Source of the DNA: a virus
Virus record (IMG/VR): IMGVR_UViG_3300034073_002131
Coordinates: 34,029 to 98,028 of that record
DNA: 64,000 nucleotides
Reading direction: 5' to 3' (one strand)
A model generated the notes under the pieces. It did no database searches, was not told where the DNA came from, and saw only the letters and a program-made list of their open reading frames with translations. Within the stretch, counting starts at the first letter, position 1; the number at the start of each line of letters is the position of its first letter. The translations under genes and the position numbers were made by a program. Positions 31,101-40,262 of this stretch are shown one piece after another.

Positions 31101-33370
31101 TGGGCATCTACAAACTCGCGACTTTTAGACGCAGCATTACCTGCCTCTATTGCGGCATCGCGTAATGCTTTTCTAATATTTTTTACCTTTTCGCTACCTG
31201 GCTCTAAGCCTTCAAGGGCTTTTTCTAGCTGTTTAAAATTAGTTACATCTTTTACTTCAAGTAATTTTTGTAGATTCTCTTTTACTTTAGTTTGAATAGG
31301 TGAATTTTCTAAATCATCAATAGCCCCTAGTATACTAGTACCAAGTGCTTTTTCAAAATTACCTTGTACGCCCCCGCCAAAAAAGCTAAAAATTCTATCC
31401 CAGAATTTATCCCATCCACTACTTGTAACAGCACTTTGAGCAGCTTTAGCAGAATTAGTAAACTTATCAAAGCTGTCTGCAACCTCTAACATTGCGCGAC
31501 CCTGTGCTTCTAGGGAGGTAACACTAAAAGGATTAGTTGCATATATACTTGACATTGTTCTGCCAAGATTGGCGGTGGACTCGTTTAAGCGCTCTATACT
31601 AGTTTTAAATTCACGAGTAGCTTCAGCACTTTTAGTAAAAAATCCATTAATAAGTTCGGCTATGCCAATTATAGCACCTGCAACCATACCTACAGTACCT
31701 AGTCTACTTACTACAGTACTAATAGCTCCGCCAATAGCTGCAAAACTTCCACGTGTTATGATAGCAGCTTTTTGTAAGCTGTTCATTGCTACTTCAGAAT
31801 TATTTAATTCTGTAGTCATTAGTCTAATAGATTTTGTAATCCCGATTAAACCACCATTATATGCAGCATTACTTACAATAGCAGAAGCAGTAGCTTTTCG
31901 CTCAGCTTCTTGTGCTGCTTTCTGGGTCATGGAATATACACTCCAACCCTTAGTGCCTTCAGCTACTTCTTGACGAAGCTTTTCTTTTGTTTTCTTAAGA
32001 TTTTCTTCTTCGCGCTGTGCACTGCGTATAGAATCACCTACTTCACGATAAGCTTCCGCCTCTTTAGTTTTACCAGCACGTTTAGCGCGTTCAATTGATC
32101 GCTCTAAGCGTTGAAAATCGGCTTGATCAACATCACGAATATCTTTTTGTAGTAGCTGATAGGCAACAGTTTGTTTAGCTATACTTGATTTTTTAAGTTC
32201 AAGTACGCGTTTTTCTGCAGCATCTACACGTGCAATCTCAGCATCTGCTCTGCGCTCTACTTCGCGCTGAATTTCTTGTGAATATTTTTGTTGAGCCTGT
32301 AAGGCTGCCTGTCCACGTTCTTTGGCTACAGCTTGAGCTTGATCAGCTGCAGTTTTTAAACCCAGCTTAAATTCGCCAATAGTAGGTAGGGCTTGTTTAA
32401 TAAGTACTGCACTTACTGCAGCTAAAGCTGTTAATAATCCTGTTGGGCTTTCTGCTAGTAATTTAACCATTGGCGCAATACCCTTGTTAACAGTCTCTAG
32501 GACACTTTGTAGGGTATTTTGTAGGGCTGCACTTAATTTAGTATAAGGATTTACATCTATATCAATAGCCTTAAACTTTCGTTCGCCTTCAGTTAAAACT
32601 GCATTAGCAAATGCCATGCGCTTTTCAAAATCAGTAAGCTGCTCAGCACTCTTGCCAATGCTACGAGCATACTCTCGGCTAGCTTGATCTACTTTAGTAA
32701 AAATACCAAGTTCGTCTAGTAATTCAGGTTCTAGTTTTGTTACACCACGGCTTAATCTACTTAGTGCATCTGCAGCATCTACGCCTAGTGCTTGTGAAGC
32801 TTGTTGTGCTACCTTACCTAGGCGTAGTACACTTTCGCTGCTTAGGCCTGCCGCAGTAGCTTTTGCAGTAGCTGTCATAGCTTCACGTAAGCTAACAGCA
32901 CCATCTGTGGTTTCTACTAGTCGTTTAGATAAGGTACCTAAGGCCATACCACTAGCAGCACCTAGTTGGTCTAAGCCTTTGATCATGTTAGTTGTATCCA
33001 TTGCCCTGCTCAGGCCCTGGAATGCAGCAGTTACAGCAAATATATTAGCAGCAAAAGTAGCATAAAGTCTAACTAATCCACCTAGACCTTGTGCTTGGTT
33101 GGCAAAATCTCTAGCACTAGCTCCGGTACTTCCTGCCGAACCACGAGCACGACCATACTCCTCGCCACTCATAAGAGCTTGCGATCCAGTAGGTGCTCCT
33201 GCCGCCCGAGCAGCAGCCTGCCAGCGCTTTTGGCCTTGCGCTTGCATTTGCTTAATAGACTGAGTGGTCTCTTCTACGGTTTTACGCAACTCTTTTACAT
33301 CTTTAATAACCTTTTTAGCTGAACCATTATCGTCTATATTTACGGTATAATTAGTACTTTTTGTAGCCAT
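25115..33370 (-). CDS. Tape measure protein with S74-like chaperone insert near C-terminus
   Basis: 2751 aa helical; T5-like LSRGVTKLEPELLDELGI; FANGG...GEAGPEAIMPL. Confidence 0.92.
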   Translation of the reverse strand: MATKSTNYTVNIDDNGSAKKVIKDVKELRKTVEETTQSIKQMQAQGQKRWQAAARAAGAPTGSQALMSGEEYGRARGSAGSTGASARDFANQAQGLGGLVRLYATFAANIFAVTAAFQGLSRAMDTTNMIKGLDQLGAASGMALGTLSKRLVETTDGAVSLREAMTATAKATAAGLSSESVLRLGKVAQQASQALGVDAADALSRLSRGVTKLEPELLDELGIFTKVDQASREYARSIGKSAEQLTDFEKRMAFANAVLTEGERKFKAIDIDVNPYTKLSAALQNTLQSVLETVNKGIAPMVKLLAESPTGLLTALAAVSAVLIKQALPTIGEFKLGLKTAADQAQAVAKERGQAALQAQQKYSQEIQREVERRADAEIARVDAAEKRVLELKKSSIAKQTVAYQLLQKDIRDVDQADFQRLERSIERAKRAGKTKEAEAYREVGDSIRSAQREEENLKKTKEKLRQEVAEGTKGWSVYSMTQKAAQEAERKATASAIVSNAAYNGGLIGITKSIRLMTTELNNSEVAMNSLQKAAIITRGSFAAIGGAISTVVSRLGTVGMVAGAIIGIAELINGFFTKSAEATREFKTSIERLNESTANLGRTMSSIYATNPFSVTSLEAQGRAMLEVADSFDKFTNSAKAAQSAVTSSGWDKFWDRIFSFFGGGVQGNFEKALGTSILGAIDDLENSPIQTKVKENLQKLLEVKDVTNFKQLEKALEGLEPGSEKVKNIRKALRDAAIEAGNAASKSREFVDAQTKAKESFLDLARQFQVSDPVTKFASDNVTALLKLNTALEGPLRENLDALTGSIASLGDRPIFGIKVSAELFNLNEDVQLLGKNFTKTSQEIKKVESRIREITKLDVMAGFGPQGTIEQGPAASAERRRKDALKELEDIRSNLYQDLSIVETKLGKVSAQVIQGIQQGLVNNFSNIAAGMRAALQKGANEILQNLYAGIDTIPQLASRQFELKVEELNNDKEIIRQQAEIARSNYELKASLDLVTARQTLQQAKKDLEANKEDPQLLAAAEAAQKQVDIATKVRSFIQDAYKDPLGVLSRLQEEIKSGNPELAKYSQNIIAAAQVSTGLATQLKGIDRAIEQTDINKRQAIVSAIFAQQQQNIGLQKSELDINTQLLDQRQELGTISYEQYYQQKLSLIDKKAALDYDEAINQANRKYAQEELRAQNVLNESIKQGKEDQGKADSELILKQARQVYNSEQIVAFYRKGLATATAANAEANKLADYRKKELDYVISLGRAELAIAAARAESALTLQDIALQRAEQTESLPPEVLQARRTQLDLIREEQNATKQIQDASLSFAQQQINNQIEVNRLRDIGFNIQADRLQSQMQLDVEAHSQRISQIEAEKAARISSINAVQAYREQREDFSKQLEAVKNLDFVYEGIGTKLADLVTNIDKRALLEERNNKAIKQQQELVDTLYMTGQDAGKEEQKLNKLRQRAAKDELTADAATLNSTKKLFKEKTLAYKVLDKTEKAMHLVRLAMDAKELAVKIGSAIAGTTAKVGAEAAQTAATSAGFFARAGIYVSEIYAKTIGQLGVFGPPVAAALVAAIGLAAFGKRGTSGIFVPSAEQRQQTQGTAMGWDTQGNQVQVRSGVFGDTGAKSESIANSLEIISKNSDASLGYDNKLLLAFRKLSASIENVAKGAFRIQGLQGGSAFGTQTGTTTSGIASWLFGSKTSREIQDSGIQLRGTFLDLANAVQGTVRQFEIVSTTVTKGGFFGIGGGTSTTTATNYADLVGKELQTFSRVFDYGRDVLIATAEQAGQTASVVDQVLGKIRVDEMASLRGLTGEDFTKELSAVFSAVMDDAAEVIFGSFRRLQNFGEGLLETVTRVIDTNKKVEAQLQNLGFKGIENTLKEFGVRIGVLWEDTTKPFMSFDPTLIKNTTYDITDSLAELAGGLDNFLDITGSFASSFLTDEQRLANITRNVNQELERLGYTANITKDQYIGLVRAQDLTSERGRETFISLLSLADGMKEISDAADKAAEEATAAAEKAAEAAKQAAEDAAEVAKKIADETKQLNTQLYQAFGQTYLLRLQEIEALDQTNRVLKVLLYAVEDLAKAEANLQQAQQRVQGIQAEATNRVVSAQQKYLQAQKEVANFAIEAAKRMRDLGGSLREFVAEQSGVGTTGTRSVSLLRREFEASVTRALGGSEEDIAGLQNLASGLLESLKDSSSTYQQFESSRRQVLASLTKVADYTEQQASKVDQAFPETTKDPLTIAVESMATAKKEFEDAVSVALQISAPLEQATRDLVSEYKIAKADADKLQVQVEDIKSILREISTNTGLSGAVREGINKLTTATESSLSVDSPINTTLNTLNTTTELGLGSGSVIDKALGVLDATTAAGLGVEGIINKALATLDTTTKDSLSGTGAIASKLTSSDNTTAGDWLLKLSEATGTVGTNTENTSSNIETTNTITDAVGQVIADAGNTVAEATIAGTEGLAKIISEQNNSTLLAVAGNTSGTVSALETVSNNQVTQINYLASIATSMSNLATAAQASPGAAVSGSGNFLSNLFKGAGKVISTVVDIVFAPVRWAKKLLSDARVKQNISYVDTLSNGLNLYDFEYKAPYNALYGAGTKRGVLAQEVIEKYPNAVSKNRAGIMSVDYTKLGVPMNVFKFANGGVFDGATAFNMGIMGEAGPEAIMPLSRTSTGRLGVTADITPMNDFALQSNRELILELKNLRKEVEYLRAETRATVTNTGKTTRILERVTQAGDSITISVSEDSLPVDVTVVT

Positions 33371-33444
33371 TTTAGCTCCATAAGCCAGTTCTTAACTTTT
33401 TCAAACTACTTAAAATTTTTAAGTAAAGTTTTGAATTTACCACG

Positions 33445-33473
33445 ATTATAACATGTCGGCAAGTTTGTGTCAA
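33445..33473 (-). promoter_or_regulatory. sigma70 promoter for tape measure operon
   Basis: TTGACA-17-TATAAT. Confidence 0.85.
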
Positions 33474-33494
33474 TAGTTAAAATTTTTAAGCAAT

Positions 33495-33534
33495 AAAAAA
33501 CCCCAGCACAAAAATTATTTGGCTGGGGTTTTTT
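33495..33534. terminator. Intrinsic terminator
   Basis: AAAAAACCCCAGC...GCTGGGGTTTTTT. Confidence 0.7.
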
Positions 33535-33847
33535 CAGGAATGTTGTTTTTTACTTTTTGCTGTATTACTTCACTGCGAGCTTCATCTATGTATCTAATTA
33601 ACTCTAGGTATAAGAGTTGTTCAGGCCTTTCTAGGATCTCGTATAGGTCGAATAGTTGAAAAACTATACTGTAATCTTTACCTAGATAATTTCCGGCCAT
33701 AAACTCCCAGTTGTCTGAGAGCATACCGTAAATTTCAAAAGCCTGTTTAACTGTATCTTCAAAATCATCTAGTTCAACCGGAACTTCTTCCGGTTTAGGT
33801 TCGTTGCCCAGCATTTCACACATTTCGAAATACTGGTCTTTGGTCAT
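33515..33847 (-). CDS. Tail assembly chaperone, frameshifted (T) portion
   Basis: Position before TMP; reached in -1 frame from slippery site at 33916-33922. Confidence 0.8.
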   Translation of the reverse strand: MTKDQYFEMCEMLGNEPKPEEVPVELDDFEDTVKQAFEIYGMLSDNWEFMAGNYLGKDYSIVFQLFDLYEILERPEQLLYLELIRYIDEARSEVIQQKVKNNIPEKTPAK

Positions 33848-33894
33848 GCCGACCTCGCGATTTTGAAAAAAGTTTTTTACCTTAGTACGTAGTT

Positions 33895-34308
33895 CTAGGA
33901 TTTGCTCGTAGAAAAGTTTCCCAAGTCTGTGACCTGTTCACTAACAAAACTATCAAAGTTTTGAGAATTTTTCATTAGGTATAGTGCGTTTTCTTCGCTA
34001 TACTCTAGTTCAGTTTCAGGATCTTGGCCACTAATATCAACTGGGGCTAGTTGCTCTAGATAGGTCAGCTTTAAGCCTTTCCAGCCTTTAATACTAGCTT
34101 TTACATAAAGCTCTAAGAATAGTTCGTCATTTAGCTCTTCGATAGGTTGACGATTTTTAAAACTAGTTTTAGTAGCTTTTTTTCTAATTGTTTGCAGTGT
34201 CTCACGACTTAAGAATGCTAGATCAATTTTAAAATCTGGCATTCCAGGGTATTCGACTTCAATTGCTTTGGATGGGACTAGTAGAGATTTAAGAGAAATG
34301 TTTGACAT
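33895..34308 (-). CDS. Tail assembly chaperone (G)
   Basis: Between major tail and TMP; IKGWKGL motif. Confidence 0.8.
   Translation of the reverse strand: MSNISLKSLLVPSKAIEVEYPGMPDFKIDLAFLSRETLQTIRKKATKTSFKNRQPIEELNDELFLELYVKASIKGWKGLKLTYLEQLAPVDISGQDPETELEYSEENALYLMKNSQNFDSFVSEQVTDLGNFSTSKS
33916..33922 (-). other. -1 programmed ribosomal frameshift site G GGA AAC
   Basis: X XXY YYZ in correct phase; -1 frame open into ATG at 33847. Confidence 0.85.
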
Positions 34309-34339
34309 AAAAACCTTGATTTATTACTTAGGGATAGAA

Positions 34340-34366
34340 AACTAGGCTAGAAGGTCTAGCCTAGTT
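34340..34366 (-). terminator. Hairpin terminator after major tail gene
   Basis: AACTAGGCTAGA...TCTAGCCTAGTT. Confidence 0.65.
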
Positions 34367-34382
34367 AGAGTTTAATTTTTAA

Positions 34383-35495
34383 TTAAGCGTTAGGATGATA
34401 GTATTCTATTGTTAGCTCATTTGCTTGTTCTAAGTCAAAATCGCTTCCAGTGTAGCCTTGAGCTGTAAAGTTAATACTTGTACTTACAACTTGTTCAGTG
34501 TTTACAGTAGGAATACTTAGTACAACTGCAGGCATGCTAAGATCAACACGAATAGCTGCAGAGGCACTGCCACCAACACTTATCTTTAGGTTATAAGCAG
34601 GATCAACATCTGTTACGCTGTCTGTTAATAACTGACTCATTAGAGCAGCGCTAGCACCAGCACCAGTCTTTAAGTAGCAGTTTAGGGTACCACTAATAGC
34701 GCGAGTACCAGTAAAGTAGGTAGCAGGTTTGTTTACAACACCTAAGTTAGCAGGTGTTAAGTAGGTAACATTATTGCTAATTGTTAAACTACCACCAGTA
34801 ATAGCTAGAGTATAAGCTGTACCACCACTTCCAATTCCACTATCAAGAGTAATTGTGCTTAGTTTATTAGCAATAAATGGTGCTGTTGTATTTTTTGCTA
34901 AGAAATTACCAGCTAAAGTACCACTAAGTGTTCCGCTGCCAATTGTAGGAGAAGTAATTTGACGCAGCACGCTTCCTTGACCTGCCCACTGAATTGTTGC
35001 AATTGCATCTAGGCCAAAGTCAATAGTTGCAGTATTCATAACGCAATTATCAACCACAAAAGTTGTAGCATCTAATATAAATATTAAACCAAATTTTTGT
35101 AGTTGGTGTACATTTGAATCTGATACTACTACTGTTACTTTAGTTGTGCTTTCTGTTGCTGCACCACCGTCGTCACTAAACATTGCACCCCATAGTGCAG
35201 ATTCTTCACAAGTTACATTTGTGCCACCATCAGCAGGACGCATATAGGTAGAGAAGGAGAAATCGACGGGGTCTAAGCTAGTATTAAACTGACGCTGACC
35301 ACGAGTAGGTGCAGCACCTGCCTCGTTAAGAGTAACTGTTTCTGAAGTAGTATTTTGTGAAAAACTCATACCGTCCAGAACTTGAATTTCGCGAGTATCG
35401 GTAGCAGTAAAACCAGTTGCTGCTACTACACCAGTGTTTGGGTCCACGTTTGTAGTAAAGAATACTCGCGCATTACGAACTAAATTATAAGCCAT
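34383..35495 (-). CDS. Major tail tube protein (T5 pb6-like)
   Basis: LVRNARVFF...FSQNT...TLNEAG..PTRG...FNT.L.P.DFSFSTY.RP. Confidence 0.88.
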   Translation of the reverse strand: MAYNLVRNARVFFTTNVDPNTGVVAATGFTATDTREIQVLDGMSFSQNTTSETVTLNEAGAAPTRGQRQFNTSLDPVDFSFSTYMRPADGGTNVTCEESALWGAMFSDDGGAATESTTKVTVVVSDSNVHQLQKFGLIFILDATTFVVDNCVMNTATIDFGLDAIATIQWAGQGSVLRQITSPTIGSGTLSGTLAGNFLAKNTTAPFIANKLSTITLDSGIGSGGTAYTLAITGGSLTISNNVTYLTPANLGVVNKPATYFTGTRAISGTLNCYLKTGAGASAALMSQLLTDSVTDVDPAYNLKISVGGSASAAIRVDLSMPAVVLSIPTVNTEQVVSTSINFTAQGYTGSDFDLEQANELTIEYYHPNA

Positions 35496-35574
35496 ATCTG
35501 TTCCTTTTTATATTACTACTAATATATGTAAACTAGATATTTATCTGTTTTTATATATTAAGTAGAGGTTATAC

Positions 35575-36015
35575 TTACACAATATCATAGCGTACTTGTA
35601 AGTTTATTTCACCTACTGCATAGGGGGCTAGGATGCCCTCATCGGTTACAATAGATATAATAGTTATCTCTGTAATATCCTTGCCTGTTAGGGGGTCATA
35701 TACAAGAGTATTATTTGCATCTAAGCACTTTTCTATATCTTCTAGTAAGACTTCTAGTTCTTGTTGGGACTCTTCACTTTTACAATACACTTTTATACTT
35801 ACACCCAAATAACCCCACTTAAAATCAGCTGGATGATACTCTCGGGTTTCATTTCCAGGAGTTATATAGATACTAGGAAAATCTTGTACTTCGTCCCAGA
35901 ATTTTAGCTTTGGATAACTATTATTATAAATATTTGTTTTGTATGGAGGGTCTCCAGTAAGGCTCTCATTAAACTTGTTACTAAGAGCTGTAACTATGGA
36001 TGTTCTTCTAGTCAT
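35575..36015 (-). CDS. Tail terminator protein (T5 p142-like)
   Basis: KFWDEVQDFP...ETREY...TDEG.L.PY.VGEI; synteny. Confidence 0.8.
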   Translation of the reverse strand: MTRRTSIVTALSNKFNESLTGDPPYKTNIYNNSYPKLKFWDEVQDFPSIYITPGNETREYHPADFKWGYLGVSIKVYCKSEESQQELEVLLEDIEKCLDANNTLVYDPLTGKDITEITIISIVTDEGILAPYAVGEINLQVRYDIV

Positions 36016-37679
36016 ACTAACACTGCCCTTAGTCTATTTATTGCTTGTTGTTGCGCTAGTTCTCTAATTGACTTAGATATTAGCAGTTTAGGGTCTCTGG
36101 ATCTAGGATACTGCTGTCTACCGCCTTGTGAAAATGTTCCATAAGGATTACGCATATAATTATAAAATGCACTAATCATTCCACTCTTACTTTGGGTTAA
36201 ATTTACTATCTTTACACTTTCAGCAAATCTACCAGTTCGTAAATTTAAAATATCTTTGCGCGAGCCATCTCCCATATTATTTTTAACTTTATTTACTAAT
36301 TCTGAATTTAGTAAAGTTAGTAAATTTAATATAGTGTTATCTTTTTCAACTTTTATACTTCCAGTTACTTTTATTCGTTTAGGAGTAGTTAGTTGAGATT
36401 TTACAGTTTTTAATTCATTTTTTAATCTAGCTACTACTTTTTCAGTACTTTTTGCGCTTGAAGATACTTTTGCAGAATAAGGTTTACTTTTTAATACTGA
36501 AACTGGTCTTGTATTAACTTTTATTTTTCTATTAGTACCTTTACCAGTTAGTATATCGTCTACTAATTTTGGAATATAATCTGGTATACTGTCTGAAGTT
36601 CTAAGCTCTAATAGATAATCTGGATTATTTGTGTTCTTAAGAACTTCATTTAATCGCTGAGCATAGTTTTGTAATTTTTTATCAAAATCTAATAAAGCCT
36701 TTTCAAATTCTTTTATACTTGTGGCGGCTGGTTGACCTAATTGCCTTTTTCCGTCTCTACTTAATTTAGAATTTTGAATTAGATTTTGTAAAAACCCAAC
36801 TATTTGAATTGCCTGACTTATACTACCAGAATCTCTATTTTCTAAAATAGACTGTAGTTGAATATTCATTCGCAGATGATCAGAAGTAAAGTCTTTATTT
36901 GCTCTCGCTAGTAATTCGTTATACTTTCCATTTACAGTATTTAGACTTGTTGTTCCTTCGTCTAGTAGTTGATATAGTTTAACTATTCTAGTTAAAATAT
37001 TATCTTCAGCGGCTAGATCTCCTAGACTAACTATAGCCCTTCCATACGTTTGAGCATATATGTGTCCTCGATCATAACTTCCACTTAATATTTTTTCTAC
37101 ATCTTTTCTAGTTTTACCAGGAAATGCATTTAAGTCATGTAAAAAATGAGCAACATGTATTAGAGTATTTTTATGCGAAAAATTTAATCCACGTACAGCA
37201 ATTATATTTTCTAATTGTTCTTTTGTAAAACTATTAATTACGTCAGCTATAGTTTTTCTTTTATAAGAATAACTAGTTTCTTTGTCTAGTACAGTTCCAT
37301 CTGAAAAATATACTTCATAATGTCTGGCCATATAGGCTTTATAATTTTTACTGAGAAACTTAAGATAGGCTACTATAGGTTTAACATTAGATATTATATT
37401 AAATCTTTTAAATATATCTATTAAATCATCTTCTGTTAATATAAGAGCTGTTCTACCCTGTTTTTCGCCTAATTCTCTAAATCTTTGTGATAGATTAACT
37501 TCTTTACCACCAACTGTGACTTTTCCAGTACTAAGTACAGAAGCTGCTTGAACTATTCCTTTTTTATTAAAGGCTTTATCTGCTTCAGTTACAAAATTTT
37601 GTAATAAAGTTTGGGCTTCTGAAACAGCAGTTTGGTTTGCTCTATTTCTTAATGCTTCTGTAAATTCTTTAATACTCAT
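36012..37679 (-). CDS. Tail completion/neck protein with long N-terminal extension
   Basis: C-terminal LNLRTGRFAESV...YMRNPY...RDPK.LI.KSIR; synteny. Confidence 0.7.
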   Translation of the reverse strand: MSIKEFTEALRNRANQTAVSEAQTLLQNFVTEADKAFNKKGIVQAASVLSTGKVTVGGKEVNLSQRFRELGEKQGRTALILTEDDLIDIFKRFNIISNVKPIVAYLKFLSKNYKAYMARHYEVYFSDGTVLDKETSYSYKRKTIADVINSFTKEQLENIIAVRGLNFSHKNTLIHVAHFLHDLNAFPGKTRKDVEKILSGSYDRGHIYAQTYGRAIVSLGDLAAEDNILTRIVKLYQLLDEGTTSLNTVNGKYNELLARANKDFTSDHLRMNIQLQSILENRDSGSISQAIQIVGFLQNLIQNSKLSRDGKRQLGQPAATSIKEFEKALLDFDKKLQNYAQRLNEVLKNTNNPDYLLELRTSDSIPDYIPKLVDDILTGKGTNRKIKVNTRPVSVLKSKPYSAKVSSSAKSTEKVVARLKNELKTVKSQLTTPKRIKVTGSIKVEKDNTILNLLTLLNSELVNKVKNNMGDGSRKDILNLRTGRFAESVKIVNLTQSKSGMISAFYNYMRNPYGTFSQGGRQQYPRSRDPKLLISKSIRELAQQQAINRLRAVLV

Positions 37680-38245
37680 GAGTAATCTGCCATATATAGA
37701 TCAAATACTCTTTTAATATGTGCTGGCAAACTGCTACTTTGTATGTATTCTATTTGAGTACTATTTGTACCTGCTGCTTTAGTAGATTTTACAGCAGCTT
37801 CATTATCTTTATAATAGGTTAATAGATCCATACAAGCAACTTTTAAGTCTTCAGGTACAGTTTCATAACCACCAAAGTAAGCAATTTTATAACCACGAAT
37901 TAATTTTTCAAATATACCACTGGAATGTAAACTAATTATATCATCACCATCTTGTACCCAATCAGTAAATTTTACTAGAGTAGTCCAAGTTTGGCCGTAG
38001 TCTTTACTTTGTTGAACACTAGTAACATTTGCTACAGGTATTTCGTGTAGTAAAATACGATCAAATCCGCCTGGACTATATTGTATAATTGGATCGTTAT
38101 AGTAATCTATAAATGTACGTTTACAATACGTTTTTGTAAACTCTGAAACTTTAGGAATTAAACTATCAATTTGACCATCAGAATTTGAGCTAGTAATTCC
38201 CTTGTATGACTTATATTCTTGTCTGGTAAATAGGTTCAATCCCAT
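37676..38245 (-). CDS. Head completion / head-tail connector
   Basis: YC.R.F...Y.GGY...P.DLK.A motif; synteny. Confidence 0.8.
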   Translation of the reverse strand: MGLNLFTRQEYKSYKGITSSNSDGQIDSLIPKVSEFTKTYCKRTFIDYYNDPIIQYSPGGFDRILLHEIPVANVTSVQQSKDYGQTWTTLVKFTDWVQDGDDIISLHSSGIFEKLIRGYKIAYFGGYETVPEDLKVACMDLLTYYKDNEAAVKSTKAAGTNSTQIEYIQSSSLPAHIKRVFDLYMADYS

Positions 38246-38334
38246 ATTAGCTCCCTTATGTTTCCGGGCTAGACTCGTTAGAATCTAGCCAAGAAACAGG
38301 GCTCTTAAGCCCTGTTAGTTCCCATCCCTGAGAA

Positions 38335-40254
38335 TTAGGCTACGTAACGTAGAGCACTTACGCCCTGACCGTTGTTTGTAGTAATTTGAGTCATACCAGT
38401 ACGTAGGCTGGCGACCATGACACGACGTTGTGTTTCAACTAGGTCGTCGGTGTCAACGCGTAGACCACGCTGGTTACCAACTACGAAGTTCATAGGAGCA
38501 AATGCGATTGCACCAACAACACCGGCAGCCTTGTCTTCGAACTCGCCACTTACTAGAACAGGTGAATTACCAACTGAACCAATTTGGCCAGTTAGGATAG
38601 TGGCTTGATTGCCAACTTTATCAACTGTTAGGAAGTTGTCATCGTCTAGTAGGTCAAAATAACCGTCTGTGCTTACAATGTAAATTAGTTCAGCAGGATC
38701 AAGACCCCAGACACCTAGATCACGACGCATTGCACGTAGTGCTGCAACTGTTAGTTTAGCGTTATCGCTAATGTCTAGGTTAACTGCGCTGCTTGCGTCG
38801 TATGTGGCTAGACCTTTAACGGGGTCTGCACCAGCACCGGCACCACGTAGCATTGCGCGATCAACAGCGCGAGCAACACGGCGAACCATTGCATCACGGA
38901 TAACAGGCATAATTGCTAGTAGAGCATCTTCTTCTTCTTCAAAAGCTACATACTCATTGGTAGCAACTTTGTAGGCGTTAAGAGTGATCTCTTTAAGAGT
39001 GTGAGTAGCGTTACCACCAGCACTGTTAGCAGTACCAAACTGAGCATTCTGAACCCAAGTTGCAACACCGGCTTCTGGGTTAACAGGAATAGTCATTACA
39101 TTGGTTTGCATTGCAATACCACGAATGGTAGGAGCAACTACTAGGCGACGGCGAACTTCAGCTTCCATTGCTAGGCTAACTTCTAGTTCCCAAGTTGCGC
39201 TAGGAACGTGTGCACCGTACTTTTGTACAAGATCACGACCTAGGCGTGTGCTGTCAATACTCTTGCCAGTCATTTTTGCTAGGAGAACAGCTTTTTCTTT
39301 GTCCTCATAGCTCATATCACCAGACTTGCCATCAACGAATTGCATTTTGCTTTTCTGAATGGCTTCTAGCTCTTGTGCTTTTTCTTTTAGAGCAGCTTCT
39401 AGGCCACTGATAACACTCTTGGTGCTTTCTGCTTGCTCTTGGAAACGCTTCTCTACTTCGGCTAGTAGCTTTTCTGCACCAGTTTCGGTAGGAGTTACTG
39501 CAGCAACAGCTGCTTTAATACGTGCTTGTAGCTCAGCTTCTGCTGCTTCTTTAGCAGCTTTTTCAGCTTCGGCACGAGCCTGTTCTTCTTTAATAGCTTT
39601 GGCAGCTTGCTGTGCAGCATCTTGAGCTGTTTGGGCTAGTAATTGTTTTAATTCTTCTGGAGTCATATCCAATTCCTCTTTGGTTGTGCTATTTGCTTGC
39701 CTAGTAGTGTCTAGCCCTTTAGCTGACTCGCTTGGGGGTGCAAATTGCGCTATAAATTCACGATACTCCTGTGTGGAGTTAAATGATTTTGAAAGGTTAA
39801 AAAGTGTGTTTTGATTAGCTGGTACCGAAACTACTGAAATTTCATGTAATTCTAAGTCTTTGACTAGGAAAACTTCTGCGGCACTATTATATTCCGCATC
39901 TTTAATTCTAAATCCAACTGAAAATGCTGTTAAAACTTCGTCTTTAATAAGCTGGTATACCTTTTCAGCAGCTTTTGAGATCCTAGCTTTAATCCACAAT
40001 CCTTTTGCATCCACTTTGTGTTCGGTCATGCGGCCAACTGGCTGTGTATGATCGTGAAATGCTAGGATAACAGGATTTTTTATGTAGTTCTCTAAGCCTT
40101 TTTCCCAAACTGAGGTAGGGATTACATCACCGTGTCTGTCAACATCCACAGTTGATGCATATCCACTAATCTCAATTACGTCTGGTTCTGCTGGTAGCGG
40201 CTCAGCTTTAGTAAAGACACTGTTAAAGTACAGAATCTTATTTTTGTCTACCAT
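38335..40254 (-). CDS. HK97-type prohead protease fused to major capsid protein
   Basis: N-terminal GYAST..DR.GD...H...FSVGF...EISVVSVPAN; coiled delta domain; HK97-fold capsid C-terminus. Confidence 0.92.
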   Translation of the reverse strand: MVDKNKILYFNSVFTKAEPLPAEPDVIEISGYASTVDVDRHGDVIPTSVWEKGLENYIKNPVILAFHDHTQPVGRMTEHKVDAKGLWIKARISKAAEKVYQLIKDEVLTAFSVGFRIKDAEYNSAAEVFLVKDLELHEISVVSVPANQNTLFNLSKSFNSTQEYREFIAQFAPPSESAKGLDTTRQANSTTKEELDMTPEELKQLLAQTAQDAAQQAAKAIKEEQARAEAEKAAKEAAEAELQARIKAAVAAVTPTETGAEKLLAEVEKRFQEQAESTKSVISGLEAALKEKAQELEAIQKSKMQFVDGKSGDMSYEDKEKAVLLAKMTGKSIDSTRLGRDLVQKYGAHVPSATWELEVSLAMEAEVRRRLVVAPTIRGIAMQTNVMTIPVNPEAGVATWVQNAQFGTANSAGGNATHTLKEITLNAYKVATNEYVAFEEEEDALLAIMPVIRDAMVRRVARAVDRAMLRGAGAGADPVKGLATYDASSAVNLDISDNAKLTVAALRAMRRDLGVWGLDPAELIYIVSTDGYFDLLDDDNFLTVDKVGNQATILTGQIGSVGNSPVLVSGEFEDKAAGVVGAIAFAPMNFVVGNQRGLRVDTDDLVETQRRVMVASLRTGMTQITTNNGQGVSALRYVA

Positions 40255-40262
40255 AATTTCCT

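Noticed and set aside
26268-33322. Plus-strand ORFs inside the tape measure gene (and similar shadows in capsid, fibre and early genes)
   Set aside because: Antisense shadows with S/A/L/C-biased composition and no SD
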